This document shows, in pieces, positions 1 to 12,821 of a stretch of DNA of 64,000 nt. The translations under genes and the position numbers were made by a program. The notes below the pieces were generated by a model. That model had not been told where the DNA came from. It was given only the letters and a program-made list of their open reading frames with translations, and ran no database searches. How positions within the stretch are numbered: position 1 is the stretch's first letter; the number at the start of each line of letters is the position of its first letter. This DNA is from Chara braunii (taxonomy: Eukaryota > Plantae > Charophyceae): assembly GCA_003427395.1 (NCBI GenBank), contig BFEA01000010.1, positions 5,321,946-5,385,945 of the forward strand, in the 5' to 3' direction.

Positions 1-65
<65 letters not shown>

Positions 66-80
66 CCTCCCTCTCTCTCT
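1..80. repeat. (CT)n microsatellite
   Basis: Directly visible. Similar (GA)n/(CA)n tracts occur at about 1026-1100, 1230-1308, 33899-33958, 34947-35566 and 53993-54232. Confidence 0.95.
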
Positions 81-316
81 CCGTACCGTGTAAGGCGCAA
101 AACAAACAGCGGTATGAATCGGGATCACGATGCAACGCAAACAGCATAGAAGGCCCCAACAATGATCACCCCACCACACACTGACGATATTCATATCTAT
201 CTATTTATCTATCTATATATATATGTATGTACAGAGAGAGAGAGAGAGAGAGAGAGGCCCGACGTAAACGTGTTGCATGAAAAAAGAAAGGCAACGATAA
301 AAGAACGAAAACAGAT

Positions 317-775
317 GACATTGACAAGTGACGTTTCGATGAACAGCCACGTTCGCAGAAGTGAGAAGTCGAAGGGGGTAAGAAAAACAAAAAGTCGGAA
401 AAAAAAACACGACAACGAAAAAAGTACGAAAACAGAAGACATTGACAGGTGTCGTTTCAACGAACAGCCACGTCCGCAGAAGTGAGAAGTCGGAGGGGGT
501 AAGAAAAAGAAAAACTGGAAAAAAACACACAACAACGAAAAAAAGTACAAAAAACACAAGACATTGACCGATGTTGTATCCACTAATGACCACGTCTGCA
601 GAACTGAGAAGCGGGAGGGGTTAGGAAAAAGAAAAAACTGGGAGAAAAAACACGACAACAGAAAAAAGTACGAAAAACACAAGACATTGACATGTGTCGT
701 TTCTACGAACGTCCATGTCCGCAGAACTAAGAAGCCGCAGGGGGTAAGTAAAATAAAAACTGGGAAAAAAAACAC
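317..775. repeat. Degenerate minisatellite, ~122-bp unit, about 4 copies
   Basis: The unit GACATTGAC...CACGT(T/C)CGCAGAA(G/C)TGAGAAG...GGGGTAAG...AAAAAACAC restarts at about 317, 438, 560 and 683. Confidence 0.9.
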
Positions 776-1022
776 GTCAACAACTATGGATAGGGACCGA
801 GGTATTCTAACAACCGCCAGCGTGTCATTTCAAGAGAGAGAGAGAGAGAGAAGGAGAGAGAGAGAGAGAGAAGACTAATCGTCTGTCGCGGCGATGAATG
901 TCGCAATCAACGTCAAACCTGTTGTTTCGATGTTGAAGATGGCATCCATGGCAGCCACAAGACACTTTTATACACGCGCATGATGCATATGAGAACGTCC
1001 ATCTACGCGACGGGCGCGTGCG

Positions 1023-1091
<69 letters not shown>

Positions 1092-1233
1092 GAGAGAGAT
1101 AGAGAAGAAAGATCAATGCACGATCAACCACAACCAATCGCTATGAGGGAAAAAATCCTATATTCCTGATGATTGGTTGTACTGTGTGCATGCCAGTCGA
1201 CCCTCTCGCTCTTCTTTCTCTCTCTCTCTCTCA

Positions 1234-1304
<71 letters not shown>

Positions 1305-4037
1305 ACACAAGCCGAGGTCGGGACGCGCTGTGGACGATGGCAACCATCGTCGTCCGTCCGTTAACCCACATGCGGACAACCACCGACATCCATTCCACAC
1401 TACCGGTAGCTGGCGAGCCGACACAAACGACCTCTGAGGGGAGGGAAAAAAAAAAAAAAAAAAAAAAAAAAAAGGTCAAAAACCGCAATTCTGTATCCGT
1501 TTGTCGGTCCTTGCCGAAGGCCAAAAAACCACAAATGGAAAAGTTACCGGTTCAAAAACAAAAAAAAAGAAAACTCAACGTCGAAAGGTACCACGGGACA
1601 CAGGCTCGGCAAATTCGGTGCGCACTATAATTCAGGGTCGGCAAAAACAGGCTTGGAGGTACTAGTGGTTAAAAAAAAAAAAAAAAAAAAAAGATGTCGA
1701 AAGTTGCTCGGCAAATGGATATTGAAAACTTGACAACATCCCAGCATCCACTAAAACTGCACCGCACCACATGCCCAAGAAAAAATGAGTTCTTGGCCCC
1801 CAAATTGACTTTATGGGGGGATGGCAAGGGTAGCGCATCAATGGAGGACGATGGATGTGAGCGGTGAAGAACGAGGAAAACCGTGACACAAGGTTGGGGA
1901 AAGTGACACTCAATGAACTGTTCGAATACAGACCGAAGTTCGAATCCAGATGCATTAAGATGAACATAATAGAACAATTTTGAACTACCTGGGGCCAGTC
2001 AGTTCAATGATGACATCCCAAGATCGGGCAAATTGACACCCAGAAAGATATCGACAACAAGAAGAGGACTATGACGAGACAGTGGAGGAAGAGGGACGTG
2101 ATCCAAGGAGTTCGGCCCCACTGGAGGGGGAGGAAACCTTGAGCATGAGGACTACCCTCTTCACCCGAATAGAACGCCCGGTCACTATCGCCGCATCTGG
2201 ACAGAAAGTCAGCCCAAATACAACTATAATGACCGGTAAGAGGACTACAACAACAAGGACTGCAGGAGGAAGCTAAGCAATGGAGAGCATGTATCTTTGT
2301 AAGACGATATGACAGAGACACAACAAGCAAAATATGTATGTGACCAAAAAAGAAGGAAAAAAAAAAGACGTTGTGTGTGACAACGATATAACCATCGGGA
2401 TCTTCGTGAAACAGTATCTTCGTGAGACATTGATGGGTAATGACTGTGACGATAAATCTGATGAGACGATGCTCGACATAAGCATGGTGAGCCGCAGGGA
2501 GGGAACGCAACGGCAGAAAGAAGAGGAGAAGAACTGGGGATGATGAAGAGGAGGAGGAGCAGGGCATCAAGTGGAAATGAAAGCTTTATGCTTTCGACCA
2601 GAAAAAATCAAAGCGACGATGAGGAGGAAGAAGGGGAAAAATGGGGAAAAGGAGGGGGAGAGGTTGAGGAAGGAGCATGATGAGGAATAGGAGTAAAGTA
2701 AAAGGAGGGCAAAATTTCTTACAAGTCTCCTGCTGTCCATACTGCCCGAAAACGGTGGTGCAGCGCTACTGGGAGCGCTGCGCCCGCCCGGGCCGGAACG
2801 ACGGGTGCACCAACGAGCGTTGAGACGCGAAGCTGCGATGGCGCTTTCACGAGAGCACGACGGGTCAATATTTTGCGTGGCGATGACGCTTCTTAGAGAC
2901 TTCCGTGGATGTGGAGACAGGAGGGCCGTGTGGTTTGAGTAGCCGTGTGGTGGGGGGGGGGGCACGTGGCATAGGGTTATAACGCCACTCCTTCTGTCCT
3001 CTGTGTTTTATCTATGTCTCTCGCTTCTCCGGTTCTTTGCTGTTATAGGTCGTTTTTTCATCGTCGTTGGATCTGGACTGAATTCTCTGTGAAGCTGTGT
3101 TGACGAGCTTGACATGGTCATTCACAACGCAACTGCGTTCGGGGAGTAAATGAGAGGCGGGGGCGTCCCAATAATCTCTTCTGGTTGGTGCACTTTGCCG
3201 TAAGGCTATACTAGCACCAACTGTGGGGAGGAGTGGCACCTTCTATAGGAAGAGGCAGGGTTTGAGTTTGGTCTGGGCAGCGGTCGGGCAGATGGATAAG
3301 GGAACTGCGGGAGCGGAGCGGTGCGTAATGGTCTGCAGTGATTGGTGATTTCAGGTAAAGTTCAAGGCGGCATCACATAGCGACGAAAGCTCTAAGTGCA
3401 ACATTTTTCAGAATTTAACCCTAAAGTACTATTCCATTAGATGATTTGATGGTTAGGGATGCCTCACTGTTGTTTTGATATTTCCTTATATTTTCCGATC
3501 TCGACATCCAATGGATGATCTGTAAATCTGATTTTTGTCTGATTTTCAATTCGTAATTTCCTTTTTTTCATAAATTTGCAAGGAAGATGAGCAATAACGA
3601 ACTTCAGAAATCAAACATCGTATAAACATGACACCAGATAATCGTGACCTCGAACCAGTAGCAGAATTGCATCATGAGTTTCAACAAATAAGGGCACACC
3701 AAGAACTCATAATTGACAATGCTGGAATAGTCTCATCATCATCAACGAAGAACCAATGTTGATATCCTATCTGGCGCTCGGCGCCCAGACTACAGATGGC
3801 CTATGAAACACCCTCGACGGCGGCCATCCGCGGACAAGTCCGCGGCCTCGGCCTAGGCCGCGACCCCGCGGACGTGTCCGCACGGCCGCGCGACTTTACG
3901 GCCGCATGGCGGCTAGCGGGGAGGGGGGTTCGGGATTTGGGAAGCGCGATGGGGCGGCACAACCCCAGCCCCACACCCTAAAAAAATAATAATAATAATA
4001 ATATTTTTTTGGGTGGACGGGTTTGGGTGAGTGAAGG

Positions 4038-4078
<41 letters not shown>

Positions 4079-4146
4079 GTGTTTTTTTCCTTTTTTTCTT
4101 TTTCCGTTGATTGATTGATTGATTGATTGATTGTCCCCAACAACGC

Positions 4147-4809
4147 GGTTTTGTTTTCCGTTAAGGAGAAAGCTAAGGTTTAAAGGGTTCCCTGGGGTTT
4201 TGTTTTTCAAAGCAGCTGAGGAGTTTTCTGGAAAAAACAAAGACTGCTGGAAGGGATGAGATATAATTATATCTGAGGGTCTGTTAGGAGGACAAAGATG
4301 CAATTTTAACATAAGACAAGCGCAACATGGTCTGTTAGGAGGACAGGGATGCAATGTTGACAAAAGGTTAGCGAGGCGTGGTCTAACACGCAGCACCAAA
4401 GGACAAGACTTTACGAACGACAGAGGCCCTACGAACAGAATGATGTCACAAGATATAACACTGGCACAGAAAATCCCATATCATGAATGCCGATAAAGAT
4501 CCTGCATGCGTCGTCTTCGGTCCGGCTTGGGTACCAGCACGTGCGCTGCTCCAACGTTTTCACCATACACGGGTTCTGTAGGATACATGTGGCATCTACC
4601 TCATACCCCCACTCCCAATCTCCCTCCTCGACCATGGCTTCTACTTTGAGCTATCTCTTCACGCCATTATTTTCCGCCTACACCTTTTCCTTCAGTTTGT
4701 TTGCCTACCTTCTCCCCTGTTGCTACCTCGGGTCTCTTCCCGCCCGAACTATGGCAACACTACACGACTACCATTCTGACCTCTCCATTCCCGCTGATGA
4801 TCTTTGTTC

Positions 4810-4854
<45 letters not shown>

Positions 4855-5258
4855 GCCCACTCTGTCTCTCTCGTACAGACACAAGCGAACCCCCCCCTTT
4901 TTCCGCTATGAGACTTTGGTTGGATACTCATATGAGTCATATCTATATATGACGGGCGTATGAGGACTAGGTAGCGCAATTCCCCTGATGATGGCTGCGA
5001 CGGCGACGCAGCCGAAACACGTTGGGAACTCTCACTGTGTTGCTCCTGTTTTTTACGATTTATGTTAACGGAGCAAAAAACAATTTGCGCTACCCAAGTG
5101 TCGTTTCTTCTTCCCTATCTTCAACTATCAATTCTCCTCTCCTTCTCTCCGTCACTACATTCTCCCTTGCTCATCGTGTGTCTCTGTGCTATGGCGATTC
5201 TCTTCCTCATAATGACTTTGGAGCCTTGAGTTGTAGCTTTAAGACTCACATTTCGCTC
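4147..5258 (+). repeat. PLE-A 5' pseudo-LTR (partial tandem copy that includes the 3' end of ORF2)
   Basis: Aligns by eye with 9821-10954, from CGTTAAGGAGA.A.CTAAGGTTTAAAGGGTTCCCT to AAGACTCACATTTCGCTC. Confidence 0.93.
4980..5028 (+). ncRNA. Minimal type I hammerhead ribozyme, core intact
   Basis: TTCCC-CTGATGA-T-GGCTGCG(ACGGCGA)CGCAGCC-GAAAC-AC-GTT-GGGAA: stem I TTCCC/GGGAA, 7-bp stem II, CUGAUGA and GAAA cores, very short stem III, cleavage triplet GUU. Confidence 0.88.
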
Positions 5259-5557
5259 TTCGAGTAGCGTCTTAACCACCGTGCAATTTACAGTGTGGTG
5301 GAAACGCCATCGTAGTTATATCAAAGCCTATTTGGAGTGATCGGTTTCTCCCCGCCAGGACACGTGTCACTATTTCTCCTGCTTTTGGGTGTTTTCGTCT
5401 TTTTCTTTTCTATCTATCGATTCTTTCTCTTTCTATGTCAGCACCTCATCCTCTTCCCGCTCCCCCTTCCCAACAGACGACCGTGCAAGGATCGCAACCG
5501 CCAATACTGCAAGCTCCAGCGGCGACGTCATCAAACACAATTGCTCCTACGACATCA

Positions 5558-7019
5558 ATGGCGATTGTCCCTTACCAGCCCCCGTGCACTGCTTTTGGCG
5601 GGTTGAATAGCCGAGGATGGAATAGAGGAAGGGAAGTAGGAATCTGTAGGATCGAAAGGAGAAGCTATAATGATCATGAGAGACATATGGAATGATCGGC
5701 GGGAGGAAAGGGAACGACGACGGGAAGAAGAGGATCGGAGGAACCGGGAGGAACAAGCGAGGTTGGCTCGTGAGGAAGAACAGCGACGTGCTGAGGCTGA
5801 AGAAAAGAAGGAGGCTAATCGAGAAGCAAGAATTGCACGACTCGTCATGGAACAGATTGAAGAGATGGAGGCACAAAAGAAGAGTGTCTCAAGGGAATCT
5901 AACAAGAAAGGTTAGAGAGGATTGAGAAAACAGAAAAGCCTCCCAAAGAAGGGGAGGGCTGCAAGAATGGCGAGAGTATGGCTAATCGTAAGAGAGATCA
6001 GGTTACAATGGCGGGTGATAATCTTGCTCCCCCGCATCAGGCGGCAGGAAGACAGCGGGTTGAAGGCAAGGCTTCCCCGTTGGACACTGGTCTGCTTCGG
6101 ATGGACCTCGACAGTGTGAGAAAGGCGCAAGCCGCGCACTCTCTCCTTTTCCAAGAGATGTTGAACTGCCTAAAGACAATCAAGGAACAGGGCGCTGCTC
6201 TACTTACGCTTCCATCTATCCCACCTACTATCCCTCATTTTCCATCGCACCCTGCTTACCCTGTTCCCAATCCTCACACTGCTCCCCCTCCNNNNNNNNN
6301 NNNNNNNNNNNNNNNNNNNNNNNNNNNNNNNNNNNNNNNNNNNNNNNNNNNNNNNNNNNNNNNNNNNNNNNNNNNNCCCCACGCCCCCCTCCCCCTCCCT
6401 TTGCTCCTGGAAACTAGCCATCCATCCATATACCTCAACCCCCAGCCCCCCGGCCTGGCGTCAAAACAGCTTCACCTCCGGAGGTAGATCCATCTCCTCG
6501 GCCTCCGGTGTCGGTTTCTCCATCGACTCCTCCCCCTCCTCCTCCTCCACAGCCCCGGTGTCTAGAAGAGCTTGCGCAACAACCGAACCTGGACCTTCAA
6601 GAACCAGGAGTGAGCATCCTGTGACCCCACTTGGTAATGGCTTCTCAGCACGTCTAGTTGGGATGTTTGCATCCGTTGCCGGGAACAGATCAAGAAGAAG
6701 ATCTGCAGGAATTACTATCAATGAAGGGGTGTCACAGTCACAGAACCTGGGTTTTTACTGTATTAATCGCGGTAAGAAGGCAGCAGTCGCTGGTCCTGGC
6801 AAGGAGGGACGTAAGAAGTACATCCAGGACTTGATTGAAGAGCTTATGGCAAAAACTAAACATGAGCTGGAGGATCTGTGCAAGAAGGACCGTATTAAGT
6901 ATATGAACAAGAAGATCACTACGACCGCACTGGCTAAGCTACGAGTCATTGACGCATACGGTGAAGATAATGATGACGAACAATTTAAGGAGGAGTCTCA
7001 AGAGGAGAATCCCTCTTGA
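5558..7019 (+). pseudogene. PLE-A ORF1: coiled-coil (E/R-rich) and Pro/Ser-rich protein with a C-terminal SAP/HeH-like helical motif; frameshifted and contains a gap
   Basis: ORF pieces 5670-5915 (RREERERRREEEDRR...), 5978-6487 and 6558-7019 (KHELEDLCKKDRIKYMNK). The start is uncertain. Confidence 0.6.
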
Positions 7020-7022
7020 TGA

Positions 7023-10002
7023 TTTGGTGACTTACCTGCCACCTGGATCTCTCTTGAACGGTTAAGAGAAAGAAGGAGAAATGAAGGGTGGCAAGGGAAA
7101 AGTGTTGTTGAGTTGGATATTTTTATGCGGTTTCTCTTTCTGACATTGGTATGCAGTGGGCAGCTGCAATGGGCCAATAAATTTGTCAACCTTTGGGATG
7201 AGTCTCTAAGAAGTATTGATGTGTGTGGGTGGAATAGGCAGTGTGTGTATGTGTTACTGTCTCCCTGGTTTAAGGCAACTTATATCGGTTCTACTACTAG
7301 GCCGCTAAAGGTCAGATGGGATGAGCATGTTAGGAGATCCATGCAATCAGTAGACGGTAGGAACCACAAACTTAGGAGATGGTTCCAAAGAAAGAATTGG
7401 TCTAGCTACGTTGCTATCCCGATTGCCTTCCCGCCTGCAGACGAGATACGGGAAGTTGAGGAGGCACTGATCTCCAGGTGGTCACCAGTCCTTAATTGCG
7501 TTAGAAAGAAGAAGAAAACTCCCGACCGGCGTAAGAGACGGAGGGAAAGGAGGACTTTCTTAAGGACTATTGGTCGGAGGGAGGAAGCGATGAGCACGAA
7601 CAGGACGTTCGTATGCTGGGACACGTCTCATATATCTCTCACAATCCATGAACCATGGAACCCTTCCTCCCCTTCTTTTTCAATTATCAAGACTCTGAAC
7701 AAATTAGCAGACGATGAGATCCTGCATGTCAATTTGATGAGCACTGGAGGTTGTTCTTTTTTTGACTCTTGGGGAAGGATCCACAGATTATTTGGATGGT
7801 CTATTGTGAAATTTTTGAATAAGAAATGTCTTTTGAAAAATTTGAAGCACGAATTTCTGCAAGGCGGAATTTTTCACATTTTGAGACTGAGACGGAGAAC
7901 GAGCACGACTGTTTTGCGTCGTGATATATTAGCCTCTCTTCTCCAGGTCCCTAGCACTAGGCGAAGTCTCTACAAATCTAACTTACATCACCTAGTAAAG
8001 CTTTATAGTTCAATAGAGACTTTCCACAAGGATAAGTCCCCCATCATTTTGAAGGGAGTGGTAGGAAGGGCACTTACGTCCGTATGCGGTTTCCGTTGTT
8101 TGGCTCTAACGGTTGTAAAAATTACCTTTGACGATTAGATTCGAAAGTCACGGATCAATGATTTGACCAAGTTGGTGATTAGGAGACACTGCAATGATAA
8201 ATGGCTCGCCGACTTTCTGATTTCTAGGCTCAGAATAATATGGACCAAGAATAGGTTTGTTGCCGACATATTACATAACCATAGACTTATGGCTAAGCAG
8301 CCCACGACCATCTGTTCGTGTGCTAAGAAGGACCTCGACTTCCCTAGAAATATTGAAGGACATGTGGCCTTTAGATTCTCTGAACTTCCGGATCTTCCCA
8401 AGTGCTTAAGCAATTCGAAAAATGTTCTACCCCCTTCTAGATCTCAATCTGTTGGGAGGATTAAACGAGCGTTGTCCGAGGGCTTGTCACATATTCCAAG
8501 CACGGATGGGTGGGTTGGTACTTCTATGATGATCCTTTCATGTTTTGGTAACAAAATGGGAAGCATTACAGTAAAAAAGGAAGCGGTCTTTCACAGGAGG
8601 GAAAAACTGGAGGGCCTGGTAGTGTCACCCATCGACCACAATATTGGTGACTCGTATGTTTGTTGCCCCGTCATATATCATGATGCCCTTGGTAAGTTGT
8701 TTTGGGGCAATGAGGGTTTTGAGGTGGAAAGTAGAGGGGAACACGAAGTTTAGACTGAGTGTGCGGAAGGATACCTTCGGATTCGGGCACAGAAGCTGGC
8801 CCCATGGAATAAAAGAGGGTTTTTGAGATCAGTCTACGGGATTCCCAAACACAAAGATATGACAAGGCGGAGGCCTATTGCACCTTCCTTCTCAGATCCT
8901 AGCATTCGCGCATGCAGGCTAGTGTCCAAAGCTATCAACGGTCTCATTTGGCGTGTTCCGGAGTCCTCCCATTTCAATCCGAAAAGCACCGATCTCTTGA
9001 AGAAGTGTATTGTTCGTCTAAACCAAAGATTAAGTACACTAAAGGATGGTATGATATTGTCTGCGAGTTTCGACATCAAGGAGATGTTTGCGAAACTCCC
9101 GCATGATGCCATTTTGAGCGTTGTGGAGTGATGCGATTTTTTAATGCAGAAAGGACACAACTCAATCAGAGTAAATAGAACTGGTAAAGGGACTGTGCTG
9201 GGAAAAACATTTGGTGAGCAAGGATTGTGTCGGGTAAAATTCTCTGAGATTATTGAATTTACTAATTATGACCTTAATAATACCTTCTCTAAAGTCCTTA
9301 ATTTAATCATTAGACAGAAAATTGGCATTCCCATGGGGAAGACTTCTAGTCCGGCCCTTGCCTTTCTCCTCTGTGCCCACTATGAGTTTACCTTCCTCAA
9401 CTCTTTGGGTAACGACCGCTGATTGATCCAGGGTCTCAGACTGGTTGACGACGTAGCTCTCTTTATTATTTTACCAGATAAAACCGAGTATTCTCTTGAG
9501 AAAGCTAGGAGTTTATACCACCTTTTTCTTTCCATCTACGATAAGAACCTGAACGTGGTACGAACTGACGATAGGGATGAACGATGGAAATTTTTGGGAT
9601 GTAGAGTAGAATGTCAGACCTCCCCTCCCGCTGTGAGATGTGAGGCAACCATTAAGAATCAAGAGTACATCTGGAGCGAGAGAGGAATGATTTTTCTGTC
9701 ATCACAGGACTTTTGGTCCTTCGGACCAAAGAGCCAAAAAGTGGGATTGATCAAATGCCACATGAACAGGGTTTTAACCCACTCCTCTGGTAACCCACTC
9801 CTCAGACTCCAGACGAGTGGGTTTGTTTTTGCTTTCGTTAAGGAGAGACCTAAGGTTTAAAGGGTTCCCTAAGGTTTTGTTTTTCAAAGCATCTGAGGAG
9901 TTTCCTGGGAAAAACAAAAACTGCTGGAAAGGCTGGGTTAGAATTATATCCGAGGGTCTGTTAGGAGGACAAAGATGCAATTTTAACATAAGACAAGCGT
10001 AG
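7023..10002 (+). pseudogene. PLE-A ORF2: GIY-YIG endonuclease + reverse transcriptase; four in-frame stops and a terminal frameshift
   Basis: GIY-YIG: CVYVLLSPWFKATYIGSTTRPLKVRWDEH...EEALI...LN. Then CSC..GHV, PIDHN, YGIPKHK, RPIAP, FDIKEMF, GIPMGKTSSP, LRLVDD, FLG. ORFs starting at 7113, 8163, 8823, 9144 and 9423 share one frame. Confidence 0.92.
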
Positions 10003-10500
10003 CATGGTCTGTTAGGAGGTTAGGGATACAATTTTGACAAAAGGCTAGCGCGACGTGGTCTAACACGCAGCACCAGAGGACAAGACTTTACGAACGACAG
10101 GGGACTTACGAACAAAATGATGCCACAGGATATCACACTGGCATATAAAATCCCGTATCATGAATGCCAATAAAGATCCTGCATGCGCCGTCTTCGGTCC
10201 GACTTGGGTACCAGCACGTGCGCTGCTCCACCATTTTCACCATACACGAGTTCTGTAGGATACCTGTGGCATCTACCTCATACCCCCACTCGCAATCTCC
10301 CTCCTCGACCATGGCATCTGCTCTGAGTTCTCTCTTTCCGCCATTATTTTCCGCCTTACCTTTTCCTTCAGTCTGTCTGCCTACCTTCTCCCCTGTTGCT
10401 ACCTCGGGTGTCTTCCCGCCCGAACTATGGCAACTACACGACTACCATTCTGACCTTCCCATTCTCGCTGATGATCTATGTTCCGCTTTCTCTCTCTCTT

Positions 10501-10556
<56 letters not shown>

Positions 10557-10954
10557 GCCCACTCTCTCTCTGACGTACAGACACACACGAAACCCCCCAT
10601 TTTTTTTCCGTTATGAGATGTTGGTTGGATACTCAGATCTATATATGACGGGGGTAAGAGGACTAGGTAGCGCAATTCCCCTTATGATGGCTGCGACGGC
10701 GATGCAACCGGAACATGTCGGGAACTCTCGCTGTGTTGCTCTTGGTTTTTACGATTTATGTTAACGGAGCAAACTTTTTCTTGCGCTACCCAGGTGTCAT
10801 TTCTTCTTCCTTATCTTCAACTATCCATTCGCCTCCCCTTCTCTCCATCACTACATTCGCCCTTGCTCATCGTGTGTCTCTGTGCTATGGCGATTCTCTT
10901 CCTCATAATGGCTTTGGAGCTTTGAGTCGTAGCTTTAAGACTCACATTTCGCTC
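9821..10954 (+). repeat. PLE-A 3' pseudo-LTR
   Basis: Diverged direct repeat of 4147-5258. Confidence 0.93.
10676..10724 (+). ncRNA. Hammerhead ribozyme, degenerate copy
   Basis: TTCCC-CTTATGA-TGGCTGCGACGGCGATGCAACC-GGAAC-ATGTC-GGGAA: core substitutions (CTT for CTG, GGAA for GAAA), palindromic stem III ACATGT, GUC triplet. Confidence 0.75.
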
Positions 10955-11197
10955 CACTGGCGCACACACACACACACACAGGTAAGATTGTATATTTCCA
11001 TGTTCTAGTGGAAGATTCATTCGATTTTGCTTTTTTTTTCGTTCATTGATTGCTTGCTTGCTTGCTTGATTGATTGGTGGGGGCGGGGTCGCCCCCCCAC
11101 CCCCCACAGGCGCACATACACACACACACACGCAGTATTGTATATTTCCATGTTCTAGTGGAAGATTCATTCGATTTTTTTTTAATTTTTTTTTCCG

Positions 11198-11274
<77 letters not shown>

Positions 11275-11374
11275 GTGGTGGGAGGAGGGGTCGCCCCACC
11301 CCCCCGCCACCCAGCACGCGCCGGCACACACACACACACACACACACTTAGCTGTTCTTTTTTTTTTTTTTCCT
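10955..11374. repeat. Compound tandem repeat of ~150-210 bp made of (CA)n, a unique core, T-runs, (GATT)n and a G/C box
   Basis: ATTGTATATTTCCATGTTCTAGTGGAAGATTCATTCGATTTT occurs at about 10987 and 11137. TTTTCCGTT(GATT)n also occurs at about 4099-4132, on the other side of PLE-A. Confidence 0.8.
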
Positions 11375-12821
11375 NNNNNNNNNNNNNNNNNNNNNNNNNN
11401 NNNNNNNNNNNNNNNNNNNNNNNNNNNNNNNNNNNNNNNNNNNNNNNNNNNNNNNNNNNNNNNNNNNNNNNNNNNNNNNNNNNNNNNNNNNNNNNNNNNN
11501 NNNNNNNNNNNNNNNNNNNNNNNNNNNNNNNNNNNNNNNNNNNNNNNNNNNNNNNNNNNNNNNNNNNNNNNNNNNNNNNNNNNNNNNNNNNNNNNNNNNN
11601 NNNNNNNNNNNNNNNNNNNNNNNNNNNNNNNNNNNNNNNNNNNNNNNNNNNNNNNNNNNNNNNNNNNNNNNNNNNNNNNNNNNNNNNNNNNNNNNNNNNN
11701 NNNNNNNNNNNNNNNNNNNNNNNNNNNNNNNNNNNNNNNNNNNNNNNNNNNNNNNNNNNNNNNNNNNNNNNNNNNNNNNNNNNNNNNNNNNNNNNNNNNN
11801 NNNNNNNNNNNNNNNNNNNNNNNNNNNNNNNNNNCAAAATAAAAAAATAAATATGCTCTCACAAAAAACAAAACCGAAATGACACCACCAAAACATGGCG
11901 CCACTGCACCATACACCAAAACAAAGCTAAAACAGCCCAAAAACAAAACAAAAAAAAAAAAAAAAAAAAAAAAAAAAGCACTAACAACTACCCTGTACAC
12001 ATACAGAAACGAGCACCAGAAACCTTTTCGAAAACGTGCCTCACGCTGCACGGGCGTAATGCTAAAAGACAAAGCATTCGCACCTGCTGCACAACCTCAG
12101 CAATGCCGCCGAAACTCTCCGCACCACCATACCTACACTCGATGACAAATCACTGAGCACTACAAAACATGCAAGCCACCTACATGCCCGCATGCTGACA
12201 GACACAACATACACCACTGCGCACTACCAAACGAGCAACACAAGCCTCACACCCAGGTGTTGCCACATACGACGTCTCTCCCACACAACACACCAAATGC
12301 CCTTTACTCCCACACCATAGCCGCGTACTGCAATACCCGTCTATCCCACAAAAAATTAACCACCCATACAAACATCCCCCCTACACATGAGTCCACGTTC
12401 ATCATTCCTATCCCCCCATAACCCCATGCCTAACCACTCACCCCTCGCTGTCCCATGGGGATCCTTGGAGCTGGTTACATGCCAGCTTGATCCCACGCAT
12501 GGAGTCATGCAGAAACTACCACCTCTGCCCCAGCATCCACATCCATATATCACATCAACCGACACATACCCTCCCTCTTGCTACTCTCTACAATCCCTCC
12601 TGTCTCTGAAGCAGTGCATTTGCGTGGTTCACTATCCACCTTAGACTGCTGATCGGTGTTGACAATTGCGCTGCACATAGGATCGCCATAGCTGGTGCTC
12701 CCTGCACCACCTACGGTGAACGGTGTGCCTGTAGTCGATAGCAAGAATTCACCCGGTGGTGCATTGTCTCTACGGAAATTCTACCCTGCGACTACCAGCG
12801 GCAATTCCAAAGTCTTGTACG

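Larger units (their letters stand above)
4147..10954 (+). mobile_element. Penelope-like retroelement PLE-A with N-terminal GIY-YIG endonuclease, bounded by pseudo-LTRs
   Basis: Direct repeats at 4147-5258 and 9821-10954 each contain a hammerhead motif. Between them lie a coiled-coil ORF1 and a GIY-YIG+RT ORF2 with PLE-type RT motifs. Confidence 0.9.

Noticed and set aside
162-1630. Multiple ORFs with HT/CV/ER/LS dipeptide runs
   Set aside because: Translations of microsatellites and the 122-bp minisatellite.
1700-2560. Purine-rich coding-like stretch
   Set aside because: Many stops and no recognisable motif; cannot be assigned.
3413-3425. TAACCCTAAA telomere-like motif
   Set aside because: Single copy with no array.
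4793-4812. CTGATGA at ~4795 and ~10468 as additional hammerheads
   Set aside because: No stem II or GAAA partner follows.
9129-9422. In-frame TGAs in the PLE-A RT as selenocysteine codons
   Set aside because: The same ORF also has two TAG stops, and TGG/CGA-to-TGA decay is the simpler explanation.
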